From assembly GCA_004431415.1 (NCBI GenBank), contig QPMI01000475.1:27887-91886 (forward strand): a stretch of 64,000 nt of DNA, written 5' to 3'. The translations under genes were made by a program, and so were the position numbers. Shown piece after piece: positions 10,269 through 20,266 of this stretch (within the stretch, counting starts at the first letter, position 1; every line of letters begins with the position of its first letter). Origin of the DNA: Cyanophora paradoxa CCMP329 (taxonomy: Eukaryota; Plantae; Glaucophyta). The notes beneath the pieces were generated by a model. The model was not told the DNA's origin, did no database searches, and worked only from the letters and a program-made list of their open reading frames with translations.

Positions 10269-10920
10269 TTATCAATTGTTTAATTGGACATAATGCAACT
10301 CTGGGGTCAATTTTGATACAGTAAAAATCTTACCCGAATCTCATCGATTGTTTAATTGGACATAATGCAGTAACCATCTAATCCAACAAAATACACCGCA
10401 ATCTCATCAATTGTTTAATTGGACATAATGCAGTAACCATCCCTTCCAACAAAATACGCCGCAATCTCATCGATTGTTTAATTGGACATAATGCAGTAAC
10501 GAGTGAATTATTTTCATCCGATATTTCATCGATTGTTTAATTGGACATAATGCAGTAACCATCCCTTCCAACAAAATACGCCGCAATCTCATCGATTGTT
10601 TAATTGGACATAATGCAGTAACCATCCCTTCCAACAAAATACGCCGCAATCTCATCGATTGTTTAATTGGACATAATGCAGTAACGAGTGAATTATTTTC
10701 ATCCGATATTTCATCGATTGTTTAATTGGACATAATGCAACTCTGGGGTCATTTTTGTTTCCCGCAATCTCAACGATTGTTTAATTGGACATAATGCCGT
10801 AACGAGTGAATTATTTTCATCCGATATTTCATCGATTGTTTAATTGGACATAATGCAGTAACCATCTCTTCCAACAAAATACGCCGCAATCTCATCGATT
10901 GTTTAATTGGACGTAATGCA
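10269..10920. repeat. CRISPR-like repeat/spacer array: 11 x 29-bp repeat with three recurring 30-43-bp spacer types
   Basis: TCATCGATTGTTTAATTGGACATAATGCA starts at 10269, 10341, 10404, 10467, 10526, 10589, 10652, 10711, 10770, 10829 and 10892. Confidence 0.9.
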
Positions 10921-11274
10921 ACTCTGTGTGAATTTTTGCGTTTTACGATAGAATGGGAGGTGGACTACTTCAATCGTGATTGATTATATCATAAATTTAT
11001 GTTCCCTCAATCGAGATTATATCGATTTTGCATAAAATACAAATTAATCGCGTTTATATCAATCGCAAAATACGTATTTTTCATTTAAATACAAATTAAT
11101 CGCGTTTATATCATTAAATCAATCGAGAAATACGTAATTTATCAAAAATTTATATAAATTTCATAAAATCATAATTTAATTGATATTATACCAATTAATT
11201 TAATCGAATTTATTTAAATTTAATTGATTTTATTAAAAATTTTGATTTATTTTTTAAATATTTTCGATTAATTT

Positions 11275-11381
11275 ACACATAAATAAAAACAAATTTAAAT
11301 CCTGAGCGACAGAGCGAAATGAGCGCGAAGCGCGAATTGAGCGATAGAGCGAGGGATTTAAATTTGTTTTTATTTATGTGT
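11275..11381. repeat. Family-1 terminal cassette: perfect 28-bp inverted repeat around a GAGCG-rich loop
   Basis: ACACATAAATAAAAACAAATTTAAATCC (11275-11302) and its reverse complement (11354-11381). Confidence 0.9.
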
Positions 11382-11382
11382 T

Positions 11383-11499
11383 ATGGGTATCAGAACAGAT
11401 ATAGCTGCTGTCTCAGCTCTTAGAGGTGTTACTCCTGATACTCTTTCTCAAACAGGGTTTTACCAAGAGCCAGATGTAATTGATGACCCAACCCAATAA
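11383..11499 (+). pseudogene. 3' remnant of the family-2 paralogue-A gene, cut by the family-1 insertion
   Basis: MGIRTDIAAVSALRGVTPDTLSQTGFYQEPDVIDDPTQ* aligns with FGMRTDPAAVAATRGLNPDNNLNNFYDDPFPGDPTP* at the end of 7220..8062. Confidence 0.8.
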
Positions 11500-11522
11500 A
11501 AGATATATCCCTTTAATGTAAA

Positions 11523-12353
11523 ATGGCTGAGCAACCCCCACTTGAACGAATTATTACACCACAGCTATCATTAGCTGCCCCAGCAAACCATGTTCTACAG
11601 CATGCTACCTTTGATGATGTAGAGGGTCTCCAATCGACAGAGGTCCAACCTACAATGAACACCTTTGGTTCCACCCATAAACTGAGATTACAGGAACTCA
11701 GATGTGATAAAAATAATGGAATAGTTAAGACAACTAAGCTACTTGTTACCAATGCAAACTTTTCTGCTCATTATGGAGACCCAGATAGCTATGGAGATCC
11801 TCTTTCTACTTATTCTTTTGAATCTAGGTCGGGAGCTATTAACTGCAAATCGGGGGAGCTTATATTGGTGATGGTCTTAGGGTTGGTGGGGCTGTTGGAG
11901 CGCCTCTATTTGTGAATGATCAACCCAATCCCATTGATCCCAACACAAGAATTCGAACCTATGTCCCAGCATGAATGCCCCTATATAATCAAGATATTCC
12001 CCATTGTTGTGAATGAACAAACAGCAGTAGTAGATTCTCTTGTTGAGATTGGTGACCACTACAAGGTAGTTGTGGATATTCCACCAGATGTTTATGCTCT
12101 TTGTCAAGTAGAGGGTGGAACTCCTAATTTTGCAGTTGTGATCACCCCATATGATAATTTTGGTATTGCTTATCATGGAGTCAATTTCGGTTTGGAAGAC
12201 TATCAGTTTCTGGTTAGAGCCACCAAGTTTGGTATCTACAAGTGTGTATTATATGCTGAGAGAACCGATTTTATTGCAAAGCAGAATACCTATGCTGAAT
12301 ACTATGGGACAAATCGATATTTCCCCATTTTCGGGCAGGATACTGCTCCATAA
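11523..12353 (+). CDS. Family-2 paralogue B fibre-like protein (frameshifted in this assembly)
   Basis: ORFs 11523..11915 and 11916..12353 are collinear with 8082..8927, with frame changes near 11855 and ~11915-11970. Confidence 0.75.
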
Positions 12354-12375
12354 GAATATTGGTTATATATAGAGT

Positions 12376-12648
12376 ATGGATAGTAAAACAAAAAAGTTTA
12401 TTGATGCTGCTATGACAGTCCATGGTAAAGATAAATTCGATTACAGTGAGACACATTACATCAAAGCTCAAGAGAAAGTATCTGTTAGATGTTTGCAATG
12501 TAACAAGGTGATCCTAACATATCCCTTTAATCATGTGAAGGGATCAGGGTGTAGGGACTGTAACAAAAGAAAGAGTCAAGCACACAGGAAAAGGGCTACT
12601 TCATCAATCAGAGTAGAGTATAGGGATATTTGCATTAGGTTTGACTAG
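12376..12648 (+). CDS. Small Zn-ribbon protein, family 2
   Basis: Same length as 8949..9221 (90 aa) and clearly orthologous (KAQEKVSVRCLQCNKV..NHVKGSGC). Confidence 0.75.
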   Translation: MDSKTKKFIDAAMTVHGKDKFDYSETHYIKAQEKVSVRCLQCNKVILTYPFNHVKGSGCRDCNKRKSQAHRKRATSSIRVEYRDICIRFD

Positions 12649-12671
12649 TTAATTTTTCTAAGGTATTCTTA

Positions 12672-13070
12672 ATGGAGACTAAATACAGAGGCTTTCATGT
12701 TATGCTTGATTACAAGGCTAAATCAGCTATTGCAACAGGACATGAGCATGTAAGCTTCCTAGGTAATTGGATTATGGGAACCCTTGAACAAGCAGTATTA
12801 AGACAAGGCATTAGGATTGTTCATAAACACTGTGAGATATTTGATGGCAAAATATCACCTCCTGGTTTTGCATTGGTTCTGCTATTAGATGAAAGCCATT
12901 GCACAGCTCATTGTTATTCCAATGAAGGCATGTTAGCAATTGATATATTCAGTTGTGGTAAAGAAGCTCAGCATAAAACACAAGCAGTTGCAGATGAGAT
13001 CGATAAAACAATGAATTTCTTAACATTTGAGAAGACTGAGAGACATAAACATGATAGATTCCCGTTTTGA
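12672..13070 (+). CDS. speD: S-adenosylmethionine decarboxylase proenzyme, family 2
   Basis: PPGFALVLLLDESHCTAHCYSNEGMLAIDIFSCG. Intact orthologue of 9408..9809. Confidence 0.9.
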   Translation: METKYRGFHVMLDYKAKSAIATGHEHVSFLGNWIMGTLEQAVLRQGIRIVHKHCEIFDGKISPPGFALVLLLDESHCTAHCYSNEGMLAIDIFSCGKEAQHKTQAVADEIDKTMNFLTFEKTERHKHDRFPF

Positions 13071-13303
13071 TGGGTTTCTATTATGGTGATCAGGGTGATT
13101 TACCTTTTTTATTACAATGGCAATCGTTAAAAAAGGATATAATATATCCTTTCCTACAATAGCTTTCTACAATGATTTTCTTTCTACAGTAGCTTTTGTT
13201 ACAATAGAATTCTACTGTATGATGTAGCCGAAATATGAATGCACCCTACATTAAGCAATGTCAAGTATTTCGAATACTATTCGATTTCCTTACAATAACA
13301 CTC

Positions 13304-14481
13304 AGCATCTGCCCTAGATTCCCCCTATTATATTATATTTATATTTAAGTGGACTCAAGGTTGACTCATATTAATCGTAAAAGTAGTAAAAGTATATGGA
13401 TTTTGTTACGAATTCAATGCAAGGGTTGACTAAGTGGGTTGAGTTGACTCAAATTTCACAGGAAATAACAATGAATCAGAGTATAAATGCATTTTTTGAA
13501 TCAACTACACCAACTAACACTGAGATTTTACCAATATATGAGGTCCTTACTGAATATGGTTTGTGTGACAGGTGTGACAGGTCTATCCCAAACTTTTCTA
13601 TAGCATAAAAATGAACTCTCAAAAGTTTGGGATGGACCTGTCACACCTGTCACACTCGATTATTTCATTTGTTTATTCAAGTAGAATTACATAGATAAAC
13701 TTCTTACTTATTGTTACTGAGTTTTTCATTATAAAAGAGATCCTTACTGAATATGGTTTGTGTGACAGGTGTGACAGGATGCATTTTGTGAATCAACTAC
13801 ACCAACTAACACTGAAATTTTAACATTAAAAGAGATCCTTACTGAATATGGTTTGTGTGACAGGTGTGACAGGTCTATCCCAAACTTTTCTATAACATAA
13901 AAATGAACTATCAAAAGTTTGGGATAGACCTGTCACACCTGTCACACCCAATTATTTCAAAAATCCTAAGGGTCCCCCTTAGAATCATTAAAACATGATA
14001 AAAACATATAAGTTTCATGTATAATTACGATTGAATTCAATAAGAGATCGATTTGTTTTATTTAACAAATGAATCTTTTATGGATCTTAATCGAGTTTAG
14101 CGATATATTTCCGATTAAATGAATTAAATTTAATTAAATTTAATCGAGAAAGTACATGAATATAATATCGATTAAATCAATTAACTTTTAGACCAATCAC
14201 ACATAGTAAAATGCGGAGTTTTAACCAGAGGCAAGATCTAATTGAGATTCAGTTATATTATTCGGAAATATATACAGATTATCGATAGACTCAGTAAGAC
14301 TAATCGGAAAATAAGAGAAATTTACGATAAAATATCGAAAAGAATACAAAATAATCGAAATAAATGAATATTCGATAAGATATACACAGATTATCGATTG
14401 ATTGAAATAGAATATACGAGATATATCAACAAAATCAATTAAGATAAGCCGAGGGTTAAAACTCCGCATTTTACTATGTGT
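13304..14481. repeat. Family-2 terminal inverted repeat (~1.18 kb), right end of left element
   Basis: Reverse complement of 58169..59343 with only a handful of differences. Contains TGTGACAGG iteron hairpins (13563-13655, 13855-13947) and the terminal 283-bp cassette 14199-14481. Confidence 0.95.
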
Positions 14482-15400
14482 CGTGTATACAGCCAACAGG
14501 CCGTCTCCCGCGGGATTGGCATTTCCTGAAAAGCAAATGACTCGTGAACCCGCCCGCAGACGACTGGAAAACAGCTGGTTTGTCTTGAATGCGAAGCTCG
14601 CGTTCGCAAGAAGATACTCCGTTATTCCACAATCGGAAATCACATATATCCAGCCATCGCCCTTTGAGTCTGTACAAAACCCAGATCCGAGAAATTCGCC
14701 TGACGTCGACGTTCCAGATGGACATTGCGGACCGAAAGAATTTCGATAACCATTGCCTGGACGCCATAAGGTCACGCCGTAGTCTTCAGGAATAATCATC
14801 GCCGAGGCATCTGGAACCCAGAAGAGGCTGCCCACGTTTTTCGAACTCCCTGCGCCTCTGGCAATGGAATATAGAAGGCGCTTGCCGGAATCCCAGATAT
14901 TTAAACGACTGGCGACAATATTGATGTTAGGATCGTTCTCAACGCATAGAGCGGCCAGTAGTCCATTTGAAGAAATTGCAATGTTTTCAACCTGCACACC
15001 GATTGATCGTATGCATGCGCCCGTTCAAATTGCAAAAACGCACCTTGCTTATTTGGTAAACGGAACCCTCAGAGATTGTAGCGACAAGCTCAAGGTGAAG
15101 CTGAAGCTTGTCCTTGACATTTGTGAAGCGCCAGGTAACGTTGTAGAAGAATATTCCTGCATCCTGAACACTCCACGGCAGTCCTCCCACGGCGAGATAT
15201 GAGCTGTCTGGGCTGAATGACAAGGCCAACACAGGGAATGGGCGCCATTGTATGGCTGCGATCTGAGAGCCATCGCTTGAGTTCCACAGACGAACCCAAG
15301 AATCTTGACTCCCTGAAGCTATCAAGTTCCCATCGGGAGAGATTGCAATTGCGTTGACTCGCTGAGTGTGTCCAAGAAGTATCGCCAGCTGTGTCCAGCG
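14482..15400 (-). CDS. Host WD40-repeat protein, fragment truncated by the viral insertion
   Basis: IASGSQDSWVRLWN..VLALSFSPDSSYLAVGG and VENIAISSNGLLAA..LNIWD. The reading frame runs into the TIR. Confidence 0.65.
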
Positions 15401-16559
15401 AGCTGTTGTGTATCGATATCGATATCATAAATATATATAAGATTACTTGCATGATATGAGCGGTCTTATAGATTATGCATGCGCATATATAAGCTCAAGC
15501 AGGATCCTGACCTGCGGCCGTCGGACTCCCTTGAAGAGGTGCCGGCGTCGGTGACGGTGGATCAGGATATCGATCCGTACGCGTGTTTTCAGATTGCAAT
15601 TGCGTGCGCCCTGGGCCGATGCCGAAGCTTAAGCCCGGTCTTGCACGGGCAGCGCTAGCGGTAGCTTCCATATAAATAGTCTTCGAATTCGAGGCCGGCG
15701 TTGCCGCATGCGCAAGTGCGCTCAACGTTAACGCAACCGAAATTTGAATGCATATGGCTAGCGCTGCAACTGTATACGTACGTATACATATACATGCATG
15801 CGCATATTCATCTTTGCATGCGCGCGTACGATCTGGATCTCGAGCTCTAGATCTAGCTACGAATACGGGAGCATACACAGATCTAGATCTCGCGATCGCG
15901 ATCGACGCTAACTTAAGCTTTCGATTGCGAAGCCGTCGACGTCGGCCGCGGGCTGTATACGTAGCTAACTTTAACGCAGACATCAATCGGCTCGCGATCG
16001 GAAGAACGTTGAATTGGGAACTGCAGCTGCGGATCGCTAGACTCTGAGATTATATATATAAAGCTAAGCGCGCGCGCGGCATGACTCTCATGCCATGATC
16101 ATATGCATGATGATCATCCCGCATGCGCAGTGCGCATAATATGATCATGATAGCTGATCATGACTCATGATCAGTGACTCTAGATGTGAGCTGCGCTGCA
16201 TCTGTCTAGATCTGGAGTCTCTAGACTCGAGACTCTATCGATATCTGCAGCGACTATCATATCTGCAAATGTGCAGCTACTATAGTACATGATGTGTACA
16301 TCATAGTATATATATCGCCGAGCACGTGATTGATCAGCTCAGATCATCGGATTCACTGACTCAAGTGATCGTGAGTCATGCCTGATCGATATCAGCTGCA
16401 GCTGCAGGCTGCAGCCTTGCATGGCGCCGGCCGCCCGGCCGCGCGGCCCCGGCGCGGCGGCCTATAGCTAGTTCCACTACCGTACGCGTAGTACCGGGCC
16501 ACTACTACCGGCCGCGCGCCGGGCCGCGGACTGTACAAGTACAGTAGTAGTACTGAGCA

Positions 16560-16819
16560 CTGTAAAACGAGAAATGCATATGTCCGGCGTCACTTTATTT
16601 CGGCAAAACCCGAATTGCGCCGAAATTGTGGTTCATCCGCATCATATTTTCGGCGGCACAGCCAGTCCGCCTGGGCGACGGGTACATTGACCCCTCTCCT
16701 GCCATACATCTGCACAATTCTGGCAGAAGCAAATATTCGGCGCCGCGGCCGGGGCTACGCCGAAAATTAAAAGCGCCGAATATTAAGTTCTGCCGGACAT
16801 TTCTCGTTAAATTTAACAG
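16560..16819. mobile_element. Degenerate MITE
   Basis: CTGTAAAACGAGAAATG..TGTCCGGC at left and GCCGGACATTTCTCGTT..AACAG at right. Internal GCCGAA repeats. Confidence 0.5.
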
Positions 16820-17283
16820 TACATGTGCTGAGAATTCGAATCGGCCGATCATCGGATCGCGATTCGCGATTCACGTCGATTTCACGATCAGATTCGCGTT
16901 AAATGATCGGCCCGGCGGCGAAGATCGCATTCGCCGATGATTCGCGATACTATATATGAAGTTTGATTCAAATTCATAGCGATCGCGACGGAGATTTGAT
17001 GAGTCCATTTTGAGATCGCGAATCGCGATTCGCGCAATCGCGAAGTTTATTTAATTTGCATGCAATATTAATTGCAATTGCAACTTGCAAGACTCCGAGA
17101 CTCGGAGTCGGCGATCGAATTCGAAGCGCCGCGGCGCAGCTGCCACTGCCTGCCAGTGCGCGCGTATATACGTACGATTCATGGCCATGGATGCGCCGCA
17201 TCATGCATATGGCATGCCGCATGAGGCCCGCATCGATACCGTAACAGTATTATCGTTATAATTAATTATATCCGATGATCGTA

Positions 17284-17541
17284 CCGTAAAACACAATATT
17301 AATGCGCTCAATATTAATGCGTTTTTGGACCCGGACCCCTCGTATGGCTAATAATGCGCCCCCAAATTAATGCGTTTTTACGCTTTCTCGCCTGCATAAG
17401 GGGGGTACTGAGTCCTACTGTCTGCAGTTTCTTAGCGTTCTGTTATTAATGCGCCCCCAAATTAATGCGTTTTGACGGCAAAAAACGCATTAATTTGGGG
17501 GCGCATTAATATTATGCGCGCATTAATATTCTGCTTTACGG
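17284..17541. mobile_element. Tc1/mariner-pogo-type MITE with TA target duplication
   Basis: TA-CCGTAAAACACAATATTAATGCGC ... GCGCATTAATATTCTGCTTTACGG-TA. Internal ATTAATGCG repeats. Confidence 0.75.
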
Positions 17542-18439
17542 TAGGTTACGGAACTTACGGACCAAGTTACTGTACGCGCCGTGTACGGTACGCATGCGCA
17601 CTACGGAGTCTCGAGTCTACGGTACATACGCGCACGATCGCGACGATCATCGTCGATTCATCGCATCGGCCGATCGACTTGTTGAGATTCTTGAGAATCG
17701 AATCGGCTAGCGCTGAGAGTCATATCCGGATTCCGGAGTCCGGCGGCTCCGGCCCGGCGGACCGGACTCGGGATGCGCGGAGTTGAGAATTCGAATCGGC
17801 CGATCGACGATCGCGAACTTGAATTCGAATCAGATTCGATTCGCGATCGGCGAAAATCGCGATACCGTGGAAGACTTAATTATAATTAGCGTTGGTAATT
17901 TGGACTTAATTATAATTAGCGCAAATTACCGCGCGGCGCCCGCGTTCTAAAACTTAAAATTGCAAATTAATATTACCGCGGTAATTTGGTACTACTAAAT
18001 TGGTAGCGCATGCGCAGCGGTTGTACGTACGTATACGTCTTTTGCGGTAATTTCGTACCGCGCCAAATCAAGGCGCAGAATTTAAGTTTTACATGCACCA
18101 GTACACCGTACTAGATATCCGATTCATTGCGATCGCGAGATTCGCGACGCGACGTCGTCGTCACGTCGACCGCGATCATTGGATCGAATCCGATCGATCC
18201 GGCCGCCGGCCCCGGCGCCGGCGGGCCGCGCGCAGAATCGCCGCAGATGCAAATTAACACTACAGCTACGTAAACGATTGGAGATAATTGTGAAATAAAT
18301 ACGATCCCGCAAATCAATGAAATCATGCCGCAGTGCGGGGGGCCGCGCCGCCGCGCCGCCGCGGCCTGCGGTCCTGGGCCCCTGGCTGCGGATCACGCGG
18401 ATCATGATCATGACTCAGTGATCATGGTCGACGTGCCGC

Positions 18440-19050
18440 AAAACTTGCGGCAAAAGGGCAGTCAAAAGGAGTACAAAAGCTGGCAGAGCTCGAGGTGGGT
18501 ACAAAAGGAGAACGTACAAAAGCTGGATCACAGAGTCAAGGGCAGGCAACGTTAACAGGACAGTCAAAGGGATCACAAAAGCTGGCTAAGGTGGGCTGTC
18601 GAACTGCAAACGACGGCGAACTATAGGTCGAGCGCGAGGACTGATTATCATAGTACATATACAGCCGGCAAAGCAGATCTAGAGGACAAAAAGAGAAGTC
18701 GGAATTCGAAGATAGTCACGGTCGGAAGAAGAAGCCTCTAGAGGACCAATTGCAAGGTCACGGGCCGGAAGTCGATCCGGGTGATTCCGGGATCCGGTCT
18801 CCTGGGGAGCGGGGAAGGGAGGTCACATATCATGCCCCGGCGCACGCTGTCATGGCTCTCGAGCTCTCCGAGTAGCACAGGTCATCCTCAGGGCCTGCAT
18901 GAGAAGCCTCCATCCGGTCTCTCGGAGTGGCTTAACGTGATCTGCCGAGAGCGCCTGCTCGCCCCGTAATGATCACCGCGGGCGGCGGATCTAGCCACGC
19001 AGGCGGCGCCCACCTCGGGGAGCCGCCACGGAACCGGAAGCAGGAGATTG
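18440..19050 (-). mobile_element. Diverged fragment of the retroposon family at 42099..43567
   Basis: 18555-18642 is a diverged reverse complement of ~43011-43105 (AGTCCTCGxGCTCGACCT..GTTCGCCGTCGTTTGCAGTTCGA). Outer limits are approximate. Confidence 0.5.
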
Positions 19051-19089
19051 CACGGCAGAGCAGAAAGGACCGCTGGGCCCCGCCGCCCC

Positions 19090-20013
19090 TCACCGGACGC
19101 GGGTCATGCTGAGGACGAGGACGTCGTCGGGGCTGACCGCCGGCTCCCCCTCCCCCTCCCCCTCGGCGGCGAGGCGGGGCGCCGGCCCGGCGCCAGGCCC
19201 GGCGCTGGGCCCGGCGGCCCCCGCGACGGCGCGCCACTTGAAGCTCTCGGCGAGGAGCTCGAAGAAGGGGCCGCAGTCGACGTCCCGCGCGTGGTACGCC
19301 AGCAGCACCTCCGTCTGAGCTCGAGGGGCGTCGGATTGTGAGCCACGGGCAAGACAGCGGAGCGGGGCGGGGCGGGGCGGGGGCACCTTGCCCGGGGTGG
19401 AGAGGGCGCGCATGGTGCGGGCGAGGGGCGCGAAGAGGGACTCGTGGTACACGCAGTCGGCCGCGAGGACGAGGTCGAAGGGGGGCCGGGCGCGCGCGAA
19501 GGCGGCGGCGGAGCGCGTCCAGTCGAGCTCGGCGACCTCGACGTTGAAGGCGGCGGGGTTCGCCTCCACGTTGGCCCGCAGGTTCTCCAGCGCCAGGTCC
19601 TTGTCCGTCAGGACCGCCCGCGCGCCCAGGCACGCCGCCGCGATCCCGCACAGGCCCGTCCCCGCCCCGAGCTCTGCAGCGCCGTCGATTATATATGATC
19701 AGTGATGCCCCACGCCGAAAGCGCGGCCCGCGGCAGCTGCAGCGGCGCATCGACGCGGCCGGCGCGGCGAGGCGAAGCGCACCAAGGACGTGCTTGCCGA
19801 TCAGGCAGCCGGGGCGCGCCCGTGCGAGCTCCTCGACATAGCGCGCCAGCCGCACGGCTCCCTCCCACAGCCGTCCGCCGGGCCCCGCGTTCACGGGATT
19901 CTCGAGCACCTGCCGCGCCGTTAGACGTTGAGCGGGAAGAGCCGCGCAATCGCGTCAGCCACGCAGGAGTGCACCTGCAGCGGAGCGCCGAAGAGCTCGA
20001 AAGTGGTCGGCAT
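19090..20013 (-). CDS. Protein-lysine methyltransferase, METTL21/Methyltransf_16 family (multi-exon)
   Basis: GGRLWEGAVRLARY, ELGAGTGLCGIAAACLGARAVLTD, ELDW and FDLVLAADCVY motifs across exons. Confidence 0.85.
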
Positions 20014-20266
20014 CGCCCTGCGCAACGCCTCCCGCGCGCCCAGGCGACGGTTTCACCGCCTCCGCAAGCTGCAGATGCTTCCTGTGACGCAGCGAGATGC
20101 GGCGACGGCTTCAGACTCAAGTTCAGAGTTCGAGCGGGGGTACGTGCAACTCGGGCGCATGAGCGCGAGGAGCGCCGAGCCGCCGGCGCCGCCGCCGGAC
20201 AGTGCGGGCGCCGTGGAGCTTAGCAAGTCTAGGAGGGCCCGCAGGGCGCCGCGGCCGGCGCCGGAG

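Larger units (their letters stand above)
1..11381 (+). mobile_element. Endogenous Polinton-like virus, family 1 (right part, left end outside window), nested inside a family-2 element
   Basis: AT-rich, intronless, densely packed viral-type ORFs. Ends in ...TATTTATGTGT at 11381, the same TATGTGT terminus as the family-2 TIR. Immediately followed by the cut 3' end of a family-2 gene. Confidence 0.8.
11382..14481 (+). mobile_element. Endogenous Polinton-like virus, family 2, right end (interrupted by family 1)
   Basis: Same gene order as family 1 (paralogue A remnant, paralogue B, Zn-ribbon, AdoMetDC). Followed by a TIR near-identical to 58169..59343, which adjoins the integrase and pPolB genes. 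Confidence 0.85.

Noticed and set aside
10269-10920. Bona fide CRISPR array
   Set aside because: Spacers recur as three types, no cas genes are in the window and the context is a eukaryotic virus, so it is reported as a CRISPR-like repeat only.
7220-13070. Simple tandem duplication of a four-gene cassette within one virus
   Set aside because: A complete element terminus sits between the copies, the second starts mid-gene, and the two differ in CpG content and terminal repeats. Nesting explains all of this.
1-14481. Bacterial or phage contaminant joined to a eukaryotic contig
   Set aside because: The region ends in a TIR shared with the integrase/pPolB element at 58169, and both junctions with host DNA fall exactly at the ACACATA terminus.
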